The notes beneath the pieces were generated by a model, which saw nothing but the letters and a program-made list of their open reading frames with translations, ran no database searches and was not told the DNA's origin. A stretch of DNA of 64,000 nt from Amoebidium appalachense (lineage: Eukaryota; Protista; Ichthyosporea), in assembly GCA_963693365.1 (NCBI GenBank), contig CAVNZM010000014.1:6076001-6140000 (forward strand), given 5' to 3'. Position numbers and translations under genes: made by a program. Below, piece by piece: positions 18,559-30,148 of the stretch (positions are counted from its first letter, which is position 1; the number at the start of each line of letters is the position of its first letter).

Positions 18559-21500
18559 CGGGGCGCTGAGAGTGGGGTAGAGTATATTGCAGTTGAGGCT
18601 ATGTGCAGTGATAGTGAAATGTCTAAAATCAACGTGTCTTGTTATACAGATACTGTTGAAGTAAATAAGACAATAAATCACTCACGGCCTGGTGCCGTAA
18701 ATCAGTCAGTTAAAACTGCTGTGGTGCAATTTACCCCCTCTCTCGTTGAGAATCAGCATGAAGCTAAGTCTTTCCCCCGTTCCCCCTTTCCCCCCTTTCC
18801 CCACACCCCCCACCCCCCTTCCTCCCGTCCCCCCCTTTTCCCCTTCCCCCCACCCCCCTCCCACCCCCCTCCCCCCTCCCCCCCTTCCAATATTTCTGTG
18901 TCGGTGATAGAGACTAGTGTGGAAAGTAGTGAAGTGGAAATTTCTGTGTTACAGGAAGTGTTTGCATCTTTAATTCAGCCAGAAGCACGGTTATATGTTC
19001 CTGTGGTATTGGGTGATGTTCAAATTCATGATGCTCTTTTAGATGGTGGTGCAAACATTAATTGTGTGCATGAAAAAGTTATTTGTAATTTAATGAAGAT
19101 GGGTGCACGTGTTACAATGTTTTCAAATAACTTAGTGAGTGGTGTGAAGACTGCCAATCCTGATGCATCGTTGAATGTGGTGGGCCGGGTCACTCTCCCA
19201 TGTACCATTGGTTCCCACACATTATTTGTCACGTTTGCTGTTTGTGCAAACATGGGTCAGAGTATGATTTTAGGCCGTCCATTTTCAAAGGCACATGTTA
19301 AATTGTTAGATGAAGAATCTAATAAGTTGCATTTGAAGAAGGGTGGTAGTGTACGTTTGCACACGGGTACGGAGGGGTATCAAAGTACTGCACACACTGT
19401 CAGCGAAATTTGTGTACCTCCCCACAGTCGTGCATTCGTCCGGGTGAACTTAGACAAATTTGCTGTCGTGGCAGATATAGGTGTCTTTGTTCCGGCAGCT
19501 AGGTTACTTCCATTTGTGAGTCCTTCATATAGTAAAGTGGCGGCTGATAAAACAATCATGATCGAAGTAGAAAATCGAAATTTTGATTCAGAATTAGTAA
19601 TACCTGCTGGCACGCGATTGGGATATATCGAAGGGCAGCTGCCTTTCGATACAGTTGTTGCAGAAATAGTTATCCCCACCCCCGAGCTACCTTCAGATAA
19701 ACTTAGTAATCCGGAAGCATGTGGCCAGCCCGAGACATCAACACCAACAGGAAGTCGCTCGCCTACGGTTGATGGTGTTTCAGTGTCTGCGGTTACCACG
19801 GTGTCTGGTCATCAGTCCGATGCAGTAGGTGTCAATCCCTCATCCACAGAAAAGGGCCCTTCTAGTGATGATATTGGTAAAGCAGACGGAGTGTGTGCAG
19901 GTGAAGGTGCAAGTAGTAACTGTAACAAGGAGGGTGATTCCGGTGAAGTGAGTCTCCCCTGGGGTATGGTAGATCCAGGTTGGACGGATCAGCAACGTGC
20001 CTTAATTCTTCCCATGTTAAATCGAGTCAAAAATGTATTTCTTAGGCATCCAAAAGATCACGGTTTTGTGAAGGGATATACAGTGGCAATTGATACAGGT
20101 GATGCCAGTCCTGTGGTGATGCCTCAGTATCGAATGGAGCAATCGAAATTAGAGTCAGGTAGGCAAATGATTAGTGAATTTCGAGAAATGCAGATTTTAG
20201 AGCCTAGTAAAAGTCAGTGGCGGTCACCGGTACTTTTAATTAAAAAACCAGACGGGTCCTACAGGATGTGCACAGACCTACGCGGCCTTAACTCTGTCAC
20301 TAAAAAGGATCTCTTTCCCCTTCCCCGTATTGATGAATTACTTGATAGTTTTCATGGCTATAAGTGGTTCTGTGTCCTCGATTTGAAAAATGCATTTTTT
20401 CAGTGTCGGCTTAGGGAAGAGGATAAGGAGAAGACTGCTTTTGCATTCGATGGTGAGTTGTGGCAGTTTACTGTGATGCCCCAAGGTCTTGTGCATGCAC
20501 CTGCAAATTTGTGTCGTATTATGCGCGATATCTTGCGTCCGTGTTTATCGTATACAGCGTGTTATATGGATGACGCATGTGTCAAAGGGAGAACGTTTGA
20601 AGAATTAGTTTCTAATTGTGAAAAAGTGTTCTCTGTGTTGGAAGCTGCTGGTATGAAAGTGAGTGGTAAAAAGACCATAGTGGGGGTGCAAGATGTTAAA
20701 TTCCTGGGTCATAGGATCACGAAGGATGGTGTTATTCCTGATCCTAGTAAAATCAAGGCTATTACAGAATGGCCTCACCCTAAAACGGTCACTCAGCTCA
20801 GGCAGTTTCTAGGACTAACCAATTACCTCCGTCGTTTTATACGGAGGTATGCCGAAATTGCTCACCCTCTTACTAAGCAGACAGGTGGTGACAGAAACCC
20901 CGTGTTGTGGGACTCTGAAGCTTTAGAAGCTTTTGAACGGTTAAAAGAAGGATTGGTAAGTGATAATGTTCTCGTTCACCCCGATTTCTCCCCCACACAA
21001 GGTATTTTCCGAGTTCGGGTAGATGCCAGTTTAGTCAGTGAGGGTGGCATACTGTATCAAGAACAGGATAAAGTAGATAGAGTAGTTGCATATGGCAGTC
21101 GAGTATTTTCCCCCACGGAACGACGTTACAGTAATCCAGAACGGGAAAGTCATGCTATCTATCATTTCATTACCAAAGAGTGGAGACATATTTTGGTAGG
21201 TAGGACGTTTGAGGTGTATTCTGATCACAAACCTACTTTAGCCATGAAAGGTCTTACTAAGCTAACCAACGAACGCATGCAACGGTGGGCTGCAGAGTTA
21301 GCTTCGTTTGATTACAAGGCTTTTTATGCAAAAGGTGAAAGTATGAAAGATTGTGATGCACTCAGTAGAAATGCATACATCGAGTATGATAAATTCACCC
21401 AAACACACCCTTTTGATGGAGTAAATGTTGAAGTAGATTCAATCAACGTGTCAAATCAGCATGTGTGGGCTGCTGAAGTAGACATCTCCTCTCTTAAGGA

Positions 21501-23340
21501 TAGTATGGTGAAGGTAGGGGCCCCGGTACACGGTGGGACCCCGAATTCGTTCACCTCTCCTTCCCAGTTTTCTACACCTGTTTTTCAGGAACAGGTGGTG
21601 TCGTCACAACGCAGTGACAGGTTTTTGCACGACGTGATATGTCAAGTGGAGCAACGTCCAGGGGATATGGTTTTTTCGGTGGATAAACCCACCAAAGGCC
21701 AACGTCGGACATGGGAAAATCGTACAAAAAGGTGTGCTCTCCAATGTGTGTTGCAAGATGGTGTTCTTTATCATTTAAGTGGGCCACAAGGTCAACGTTT
21801 GTGGGTTCCCCCTCGTTTGGTTGATATGGTGCTTGAACACATGCATGATGCTCCGTGGGCGGGTCATTTAGGTGTGTCCCGTACATATCAACGTGTGCAA
21901 GTGAATTATTATTGGCCTGGCATGAGTAAGGATGTGGAGAGAAAGGTGTTGGGATGTCATGCATGTGCATTTCACAATCAATCCACACACATGCGAAGTC
22001 GGGTCCCCCAGTATCATGGTACTTTTATTAAGGCTTTTGAACGGGTAGCTATGGATGTGATGGGGCCTTTCCCCGAAACAGTGCAGGGTAATCATTATAT
22101 TGTTACTCTCACTGATTTAGCTACACGTTGGACTGAAACTGTCCCTATTCGTTCAAGTGATGCAGTGACGTTGGCACGTGTGTTTTTGCATCATGTTTGT
22201 CTTCGTTTTGGCCCCCCCCGTTCTGTGTTAAGTGATAGGGGTAGCTCATTTTTGTCTGAAATAATGAGTGAGGTGTGTAAACTGTTGGGTGTGTCATTGT
22301 TGCATACGTCTGCTTACCACCCTCAAGCTAATGGCGTTGCTGAACGTGCACATGCAGTGTTTCAATCGTGTTTAGCAAAATATGTGGATATGGAGCACGC
22401 TGACTGGGATAGTGTACTTCCTTTTGTGGTGCATGCTTATCGTACCACAACTAATGCTATCACTGGTTTTTCTCCGTATTTTCTTGTGCATGGTCAGGAG
22501 TGTACCGAGTTCTTAGATGTGAGTATGCTTCCTGCCTTCTCTGGTCCTCTCCGTATGGAAGAGTGGACTAAGTATAGGGAGGAGGTGTTGGCTCGAGTTT
22601 TGCATGCCCGTGAAGTGGCACGGCAACGTACAGAGCAAGCACATGAATCTCTTACTAACAGCACTAACACTAACATTCCTCTCCGTACTTTTAAAGTGGG
22701 CAGTAAGGTGTTGGTTAGGAATTTCACCCGTGCTAAGGGTGGCCCCGTGAAGAAATGGAGACCACGGTTCTTGGGTCCATATATAGTGTTAGCCCGGATA
22801 GGTAGTACTGAATACAAACTCCGGCATACGGTGAATGAGCACGATATTCGCCAGTATAACGTCGACGACATTAAGGCTTACCACGAATTTGCCTTCCGTG
22901 CTCTTTCGACGTTTTCTCAGTGTCCTAACACCCAGCATAACGGTATTCCAGAGTTAGGTGGCATGGACACCACGGTAGAGAAAATTTTGGATAAGAAAGT
23001 AGTTACAGTCAACGGCCATGCAACCACTTATTATCGAGTCAAATTTGCAGGCTACGACACGGCTTTCAATCAGTGGCGTCCAGAGTTTTTATTATGGTGC
23101 CCAGAGTTAATCCACGCATACGAACGTCCGGTAGTTAGACAACCTTCTCATCCTAAGGTTGTTGTTCCTAGAAATCCAAAAACACCACGGGTAGACAAAC
23201 AGGTCGACGTCACTCAGTCGGTGAGTGTTAACTCGACACCAAATGCTACAGATGCACGCACGGCTCGTCTTTTACGACGACGGCAGTTGCGCGATGTTCT
23301 GTTCCCACGGCGGGAAAAGAAACTTGAATCGATGTGTTAA
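18559..23340 (+). CDS. pol: Pol of G1 (protease, RT, RNase H, integrase, chromodomain)
   Basis: LLDGGA; LDLKNAFFQ..YMDD; VDAS/YSDHK; H-GH-CxxC; DVMGP..SDRG..NGVAER; GPY; VEKILD..YRVKFAGY..W chromodomain. ORF uninterrupted. Confidence 0.97.
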   Translation, partial: RGAESGVEYIAVEAMCSDSEMSKINVSCYTDTVEVNKTINHSRPGAVNQSVKTAVVQFTPSLVENQHEAKSFPRSPFPPFPHTPHPPSSRPPLFPFPPPPSHPPPPSPPSNISVSVIETSVESSEVEISVLQEVFASLIQPEARLYVPVVLGDVQIHDALLDGGANINCVHEKVICNLMKMGARVTMFSNNLVSGVKTANPDASLNVVGRVTLPCTIGSHTLFVTFAVCANMGQSMILGRPFSKAHVKLLDEESNKLHLKKGGSVRLHTGTEGYQSTAHTVSEICVPPHSRAFVRVNLDKFAVVADIGVFVPAARLLPFVSPSYSKVAADKTIMIEVENRNFDSELVIPAGTRLGYIEGQLPFDTVVAEIVIPTPELPSDKLSNPEACGQPETSTPTGSRSPTVDGVSVSAVTTVSGHQSDAVGVNPSSTEKGPSSDDIGKADGVCAGEGASSNCNKEGDSGEVSLPWGMVDPGWTDQQRALILPMLNRVKNVFLRHPKDHGFVKGYTVAIDTGDASPVVMPQYRMEQSKLESGRQMISEFREMQILEPSKSQWRSPVLLIKKPDGSYRMCTDLRGLNSVTKKDLFPLPRIDELLDSFHGYKWFCVLDLKNAFFQCRLREEDKEKTAFAFDGELWQFTVMPQGLVHAPANLCRIMRDILRPCLSYTACYMDDACVKGRTFEELVSNCEKVFSVLEAAGMKVSGKKTIVGVQDVKFLGHRITKDGVIPDPSKIKAITEWPHPKTVTQLRQFLGLTNYLRRFIRRYAEIAHPLTKQTGGDRNPVLWDSEALEAFERLKEGLVSDNVLVHPDFSPTQGIFRVRVDASLVSEGGILYQEQDKVDRVVAYGSRVFSPTERRYSNPERESHAIYHFITKEWRHILVGRTFEVYSDHKPTLAMKGLTKLTNERMQRWAAELASFDYKAFYAKGESMKDCDALSRNAYIEYDKFTQTHPFDGVNVEVDSINVSNQHVWAAEVDISSLKDSMVKVGAPVHGGTPNSFTSPSQFSTPVFQEQVVSSQRSDRFLHDVICQVEQRPGDMVFSVDKPTKGQRRTWENRTKRCALQCVLQDGVLYHLSGPQGQRLWVPPRLVDMVLEHMHDAPWAGHLGVSRTYQRVQVNYYWPGMSKDVERKVLGCHACAFHNQSTHMRSRVPQYHGTFIKAFERVAMDVMGPFPETVQGNHYIVTLTDLATRWTETVPIRSSDAVTLARVFLHHVCLRFGPPRSVLSDRGSSFLSEIMSEVCKLLGVSLLHTSAYHPQANGVAERAHAVFQSCLAKYVDMEHADWDSVLPFVVHAYRTTTNAITGFSPYFLVHGQECTEFLDVSMLPAFSGPLRMEEWTKYREEVLARVLHAREVARQRTEQAHESLTNSTNTNIPLRTFKVGSKVLVRNFTRAKGGPVKKWRPRFLGPYIVLARIGSTEYKLRHTVNEHDIRQYNVDDIKAYHEFAFRALSTFSQCPNTQHNGIPELGGMDTTVEKILDKKVVTVNGHATTYYRVKFAGYDTAFNQWRPEFLLWCPELIHAYERPVVRQPSHPKVVVPRNPKTPRVDKQVDVTQSVSVNSTPNATDARTARLLRRRQLRDVLFPRREKKLESMC

Positions 23341-26025
23341 ACTTTGTCTCTTCTTCGTCGGAGCTCAGATTTCCTGCTGAGGGGGGGATTGTTATGTCTC
23401 CGCGGCGAGCATTCGTGTCAATCGATCGATTCAGATCTATTCAGATCTATTTGCTTTATTTACAATTCGTCGGTGCCGGCTCATCCAGTCAGATGTCGGC
23501 GTTTGCTGATGAATGAGCCAATCATAAATGTTATATCTGCTTTTCCAATCGGATGATCGAATACAATTACATATGTTCGGTTACTTGGAAACGAACTACA
23601 GTGAGACTCGCGTGAGTGGACACTTATGGCCTCTTCTGTGTTGATTGGAACACGTAAATGCTGCGGCCATAGAGAACGAATAACTAACAAGCAGGTTGTG
23701 AGTGATTGGGGAGTCTCATATTCGACCAGTCATGTTGAGGGCATCCCGGTAAAGTCCAGCTGCAATGAGTGGTCGTTGTAAACCTGCAGTTACACATGTG
23801 AGAGAGACAGCACTCCGAAAGGTAACTGGTAACCAAAGTCACAAACAGGAAAAGTACTGGTACCTGTTTATTTGGAGTATATTTCGGGGCTGTGTAGTCA
23901 TAAGTCATGCAGCAGTAAAGATTATATATGAGTGTTAGAACCGGCAAGAGACCAAGTAGTCACACACAGTAATTACTAGCCCTGTACTAATCTGTAATAT
24001 GATTGGTCGGCTAGGGAGTTGTGTAATTGGTCAAGTAATCTTGTCCGGGTCGACCATCCGTATATAAACGCACGCATCGATCCTCTGAAATCCAGTTCAG
24101 AGTGAACCCCGTTTACACTCATACACATACATTTTACAATGAAGTGTCCGTGAGGATACTTTACAGCAGGCCTGCCGGGACCCCGCGCGCTGTGGGTACC
24201 CGACATGGCAGAGGTGGAGGAGGCATTCGTCGGAGGTCGCAAGGTCCTCAAGTGCGTGCGCGTGTACGAGTACAACGGGTGCTACGCCCACGGCCACGCG
24301 GCGTCGGGCGCATGCCTCAGGGCTACCGACGACAAGGAGCATGACGTCCGGGCCAAGCGGCGCTACATCGAAGCCGTGATGAAGGCACGTGGCATGAGCG
24401 GCACGCATGGCATCGACGTGGAGGTACGCTGGGAGTGCGGCGTAACGGAACGGTTTAGCGAATCGGGCCGCAGCACGATCCCGCGTCATGATGACATTGC
24501 CGACGACATGGCTGCGTTTGAGGCCGCGGTCCGGCAGGCCGGCTACAACGATGTGGAGGACTACGTGGCAGCCGTCAAGGCCAACGTGCGGGCCTACAAG
24601 CCGCGTCTAGGGTACATTGGCGGCCGCGTGGAGGTGTTCAAGCCGTGGACGATAGACGGCAAGCGTATAGCGTACGTCGACGTGGCGTCCATGTATCCCG
24701 CAATGATGACGATGGCCTTCCCCACGGGCGAGTGCATGTACTTTGGACGGCAGTGGTTCGAGTCGGCACCCGGAGTACCGATGCCCGAGATTGAAGGGTG
24801 CGCCGACGCTTCCGCGCAGGCTCGCCTGTTTGCGCTGTGCAACCTGCCCGACGAGCCAGCCATGGACGACGTCGACTATGTTCCGCCCCCGGTGTCCACC
24901 TTTGGGGAGGCGGTCGACGAGCCCCTGTGGGAGGAGGAGGCACGCAAGTTGGAAATGACCCGGGGCCGCCTGGCCATCGCGCACGTGCGGTTTATGGCCG
25001 GCCCGCACGTCAGGGTTCCACTGCTTCACTGCAGGATTGCCGAGAGCCTGGGCGCTAAGCCTCACGAGGACCACTGCCCACACAACCACGTCAGAGGGTG
25101 CGTCGGTCCCCGCTTCGAAGGAGGCGTCTGCGAGTGTCGGCGTGCCTTCCACGGTGAGAAGTGCAAGGGTCGGAAGGGGTTGATATGTACGTGCGAGCCC
25201 GGTGAGTTGGCACACGACCCAAAGTGCGACCTTGCACCAGCCAAGAGCAAGGAGTCAGACGCCAGTGAGGAGTCCGCAGGCGCCCAGGCCGTCGAGTCCG
25301 GGGAGAGTTCACAGCGTTCCTGTACATGTGGTCGCACGCAGCTGCAGTACGAATGGGTCACGCTTGACTCTGTGGAACATCCGCGGGAGGGAACGAAAGT
25401 GAACTATAACGTCACCGTCAAGCATCGGGAATGCAGGTGTCCGGACAGGAAGCCGAGCGTACGAGGGTGTGCCGGCGGCTGCGGCGGAGGCTGCGTCGTG
25501 GGTAAGACGTGGTGCACCGTGCTGGCGCAGGACTCGACGCCGACGACGCGGTTGGTGTTTGCGCTGTGCGGGACGTGCGCGGTGACCGGCGCTACGGAAC
25601 CCTGCACCCACAGCGACCAGCAGCGAGAGATGGAGGGTGTGTACACGGTGCAGGCGCTGGCCCAAGCCGTCTGCGCCGGCGAGGCACGCGTCACGAAGGT
25701 GTTCTGGGCCGAGGTCTACTCGGGTAAGGACGACCAGCTGTTCCGGCTGTTCGTGCACACGGTGTTCATGCTGAAGACGGCCGCCGACATGAAACTCGCC
25801 GGCGCTGCTCTCCAGCAGCTGGTCGACAAGGTCAACAAGTCGCTGGGATACGCCCCGGGTGACCCCCACCGCCTGCGCTCCAAGCAGTGCGGGAAAAACA
25901 TGGCCATGTGCACTGTGTGGAAGCTCATCATGAACTCGGCGTACGGCAGGTTCGCCATGGACCCCGACAAGCCCTGGGCCGAGTACATTGACAACTTTGC
26001 GACGCTAGTCGACCTGCAGGACCGC

Positions 26026-26506
26026 TGTAAACAACTGTACACATGAACTGTACATGTTTACTAAAGAATGTGATCTACTAGCACACGATTCGTGCTTTGT
26101 CATGAATATCACATAAATATTATGTCTGCACCAATAGGACTCACTCTGACCTAAGAATTGAACCATATATGGTTCTTCCGCTGCATACCACATAAACGAA
26201 GTGAACCAATAAGAGGTTTGCATAAATAGGACAAAGGTCTGACTGGCTCGGACCGCACCAGAATCACGAATGGCATGTTGCCACCCGCGCTGGCCGCGGA
26301 TGAACCAATCCTGGGCCTTGATCCGAAACCTGGGGGCTATATAAGAAAGCCGTCCCAGTACGGGGATCACATCAGTGAAGTCTTGAGACAGACTGAGTCG
26401 GCCCATAGTAAAAGCAACCTGGCCGCGTGTGCCTTTCTACCCGTTCTCTGTCTTTATTTTGATTCAGTTGTACTCTGCCTTATCCTAACTAGTCCAACTG
26501 TTTACA
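26026..26506 (+). mobile_element. Solo LTR (relative of the G2 LTR) inserted in the pPolB palm
   Basis: TGTAAACA...TGTTTACA, TSD ACCGC. The 3' half (CCTGGGGGCTATATAA..GCCGTCCCAGTACGGGG..AACCTGGCCGCGTGTGCC) is shared with the LTR at 27486. Confidence 0.93.
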
Positions 26507-28147
26507 ACCGCCTGCTGAAGGGGCAGATCAAGGACCTCACCATGGTTGTCAAGGGCCCGAACATGGTGGAGGCGACGTACTACGCTGTGGAGCCGGGCGG
26601 CGGGGACCACATCAGCACGCCGATGGGCATCTTCACCACAGCCTACGGCCGCTCCATGTGGTGGATGTACGCCAACCAGGGCGGCGCCGATCGCGTGGTG
26701 TATGGCGATACGGACTCCGTCATGTTCGAAACGGAGGACGGCGTCGCTCCGCTCGACACGGGGATAGGGCTCGGGCGCATGACCAAGGAGAAAGACTTTT
26801 TCGAGAGCGGCACGGGGCTGGCGGCCATCAGGCAGTTCAGAAGCACGGGCCCCAAGTCCTACACGGTCACCGTCACGGACGCTGAAGGCGAACCGGACGT
26901 TCAGTACGTCAAGCTCAAACGCGTCAACCAGACACGACTGCTGGAGACGTCGACACCCGTCAGAGTTGTGACATTCTCGGGCATGCTCGAGAAGTTCTTT
27001 GAGCCGATGCCGGTCGAGCAGGGCGAGCCCGTGCCGCCAGCACGCAAGCGTGCCCGCACAGGTTACGACCGTACCTATGTGCACCAGAATCGTTGGACAC
27101 GTACACGTGCCAGCGAGGTCAACGTCATGCACCGGCACGTGGGTCTGCGTGTCAACCTCAACAAGCGTGTCTACACCGCGCACTACGTGGCGGACGGCAG
27201 GAACATCGACCACGTCGACTCTGTGCCGTATGGCTTCAGGGCTCAGGCCAGCGACTCTGACTCGGAATGACCCAGGTTCCGTCAGTAGGCGCAGGGTCGC
27301 CGCGGTAGCGGTTGGGTTTCTGATACCTAGTGGTACTTCAATTCGGATAGGTTCACCCTTATCGACTCAGTACGGTATGTGTAGCCTTCAGTGACTCAAG
27401 ATCAATTAACCACTCTTGATCCAACTTAGTCTAGCTAGAAATAAACTGTTTTTCCGTCTACGGACTTGACTCGGAGTTTACATGTTGTAAACATCTGTAC
27501 ACGCCGTACATGTTTACTATTACGAATATACTGTACATATCATAGTGATCACGTAGATATTGTGTACATATGATCAGATCAATATCACACGCGACAGCCG
27601 CGGGCTGCGGCTCACGACTGAGCCGCGGCGCCGGCAATATGCAGTGGCCGTGCAGTCAGTATGAACCAATAGAATTCGAGAACCGCTAGGATAGGAATGC
27701 AAGTCTCATCCACTACGGAGGCGACATCTATACCTAAACGAACGGAACCAATAAGGAAATCAGACCCAGTTGCATAAACCTAAACGGGCTTAAGTATTGA
27801 CCAATCATTTGCCACAAAGTTATCCTTTTAGTTAGCTTCATGTTATTGGTGCACTGTGTGCACATAAAGACGACCGCACTCTTCTGACTGGTCAGAAGTC
27901 ACGAAGGCATCAATGCCACCCATCCAGATGATCCGGAACCTGGGGGCTATATAAACAAGCCGTCCCAGTACGGGGGATCACTCTGAACGAGCACATTAAA
28001 TAGTAACCTGGCCGCGTGTGCCTTACTACCCGTTCTCTGTCTTTATTCTGATTCAGTTGTTCTCTGCCTTATCCCAACTAGTTCAACTGTTTACATTGGC
28101 GACCGCGCAGTTCCAGAATCTCACATCTTTCAAGAATCTCTTCAACC

Positions 28148-30148
28148 ATGGCGGGCGAATTTGACGACTACCCTGTACTCTCGGACAATGAAAGCAAACT
28201 GACACGTGACACCAAGAAGCCTACCGCAGTCAAACCGCCGCCCCCAACGCAGAAGAAAGCCAAGACTCCGGGGCAGGGCACGAAAACACTCCCCACCCCT
28301 CCCCCTACACAGCCTCGTGCTCCCCAGAAACCGAACACGATCACAAAACCCAACACACACACGAACACAAAGGCAACTACGAAGCCCACTGGCAACGAAC
28401 AAACGAAGCCCAACGAAAGCACGAAACCCAAAGACAAAACGAAGCGCAACGAACACACGAAAACCAACGAACATACGAACACCAACGAACACACGAACAC
28501 CAACAAACACACGAACGAACTTCAAGTAGCAACGAAGGAAAAAACGAAACAAGACCGGGACACTGCCACAGCTCTGGCAGAGGTGCGGGGCCGTGTTCTC
28601 TCCAAGTTCTATCGTATTGAAACTCTGAGACGTGCCATTCAAACTGCAATCGATGCTGGGCGGCCTGTGATGGACCTCGAAGCTGATGTCGCGCAGATTT
28701 ACAGTGAGATTTCGCAGATGGAAGACACCACACTGTCTAGAATGTTGTGCACGTCCGCGAAATGGTCTGAGTTGGAGCGGGAAGCACAGTTGGTGGCTGA
28801 GGCACGTGTGAAAAATCCGACGGTGCCCACCACCCCCCGTCCTCCCCCACCCACCACAGGCAAGAAGCCTTTGTCCCCGGTCCCATCTGGGTGCACTGAT
28901 CCCAAGGTAATTGCACCTCCCGCACCCCCCACTAAATTTACATATAAGGATGTGCTTGCGCGCACACTCAGCTACACTGATTCTGATGCTGAAAATGAAG
29001 AAAAACACGAACAAAGTTACGAAGACACACCCACAAACGAAAACGAACACATGACTGCGAAAGTGCATGAAGAAGATCACTTCGACCAGCCTAAAGCACC
29101 CGTATTTAACGAAATCCCCCTTGCAGGATCCCCTCTGGCGTCTGCAGGTGGACTGGCAGGCACGCCAAGTCGCCCGAGAGGCTCTGATGTCAGCACAGGC
29201 TCAGGAGGTAAGGCTGGGTCTATATTGAACAAGCACTTTGCAGAGCACGAGAAACTGTGGTTGCACCCTCTCCGCCAGTTGCATGCATCCGAATACGGCC
29301 CCATCTTGGCTGCATTGAAACTACCAGAATACAAGGGTGACTTGCAGGATAAATGCACGGTGATTGAATGGCTGCACGAATTTTCCCAGCAGATGTTTTG
29401 CATTGCAGGGGTCCCCCCCACACTTGCTGTTCGCTGGGCGGTGCAGTGCTTTCCTCTTGCTTCCCCCGCCCGTGTGTGGTACACGAATTTTACCAGGACA
29501 CAGGGAGAACTCACGTTTGATGCATTTGCACATGCACTAGTTACGAAATTTCACGACCAGCGTGTGCAAGAGGCACTCAGTGCCGAATTAAATGCACTCA
29601 AACAAGGCAAGCAAAAGGTGGCCGAATTTGCAAGCAGGCATGCGCGTTTGTGGGCACGTGTGTACCCCCTTAAGTCTGAGGCACACCAAATTTTGGATTT
29701 GTCTCACCGATTGGGTGGGGAAGACGAACAAGAATTTCGCAAATATCAACTCAGACAAACACGAAAAGAAGAAGAATTGACCCTGTCTGGAGTTGTTGCC
29801 TATCTCGCAGAAAAAGAAAGAGACAGGCACACACGAACCCCATCCACCATTCTAACACAGAAACCCCCCACAAAACAGCAACCCGGTGGTGGATCTGGTG
29901 CCAGCGAGAAGCCGTCTATTTTTTCGCGCATGGGCACCACCCCCTGCAACCGTGGGTGCAAGTACGGCAGCCACGCCGAAGGCAAGACGTGCCCGGCCCT
30001 CAAATTCGAATGCCACTCCTGCAAGCAGAAGGGGCACTTTGGGGGGTCACCAATTTGCCCCAAGTACGACCCCAAATTTAAGAAGGGAACCCGCAAGGCA
30101 GAGATTGAGGCTAATCGGGCCAAGTTCAAGAGAGCACGTGTAGAATAG
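28148..30148 (+). CDS. gag: Gag of G2
   Basis: 666-aa ORF with a retrotransposon gag-like core (ARVWY..LKQGKQKVAEF) and CHSCKQKGHFGGSPIC knuckle. Its TAG is in frame with pol. Confidence 0.9.
   Translation: MAGEFDDYPVLSDNESKLTRDTKKPTAVKPPPPTQKKAKTPGQGTKTLPTPPPTQPRAPQKPNTITKPNTHTNTKATTKPTGNEQTKPNESTKPKDKTKRNEHTKTNEHTNTNEHTNTNKHTNELQVATKEKTKQDRDTATALAEVRGRVLSKFYRIETLRRAIQTAIDAGRPVMDLEADVAQIYSEISQMEDTTLSRMLCTSAKWSELEREAQLVAEARVKNPTVPTTPRPPPPTTGKKPLSPVPSGCTDPKVIAPPAPPTKFTYKDVLARTLSYTDSDAENEEKHEQSYEDTPTNENEHMTAKVHEEDHFDQPKAPVFNEIPLAGSPLASAGGLAGTPSRPRGSDVSTGSGGKAGSILNKHFAEHEKLWLHPLRQLHASEYGPILAALKLPEYKGDLQDKCTVIEWLHEFSQQMFCIAGVPPTLAVRWAVQCFPLASPARVWYTNFTRTQGELTFDAFAHALVTKFHDQRVQEALSAELNALKQGKQKVAEFASRHARLWARVYPLKSEAHQILDLSHRLGGEDEQEFRKYQLRQTRKEEELTLSGVVAYLAEKERDRHTRTPSTILTQKPPTKQQPGGGSGASEKPSIFSRMGTTPCNRGCKYGSHAEGKTCPALKFECHSCKQKGHFGGSPICPKYDPKFKKGTRKAEIEANRAKFKRARVE

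Larger units (their letters stand above)
16321..24165 (+). mobile_element. Full-length chromodomain Ty3/Gypsy LTR retrotransposon (element G1)
   Basis: 776-bp LTRs 16321-17096 and 23390-24165 (TG...CA; two mismatches spotted by eye). [22 protein letters not shown]. Atypical PBS AGCTACACC. Confidence 0.97.
11018..27270 (+). pseudogene. Interrupted protein-primed family-B DNA polymerase polyprotein (Polinton/Maverick/adintovirus type); segments 11018-13048, 14221-16320, 24171-26025, 26512-27270
   Basis: Motifs in order: OTU-like NDCF (~11797) and FHTVWI (~12726); CxxC clusters; ExoI YDLETT (~14717); ExoII HNGGNFD (~15089); FRDS; ExoIII YCRRDV (~15898); Vsr-like YEYNGCYAHG..WEC (~24265-24440); YIGGRVE; DVASMYP; KLIMNSAYGRF; YGDTDS (~26701); GPKSY. 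Removing each LTR insertion plus one TSD restores the frame (YIR|PILHC, VKAG|LPGPRALWVPDM, LQDR|LLKGQ). Frameshifts near 11595, 12944, 14393, 15540 and 16100. Confidence 0.9.

Noticed and set aside
14627-27213. Long antisense ORFs over pPolB (for example 14627-15556, 26485-27213)
   Set aside because: Shadow frames of GC3-rich coding sequence.
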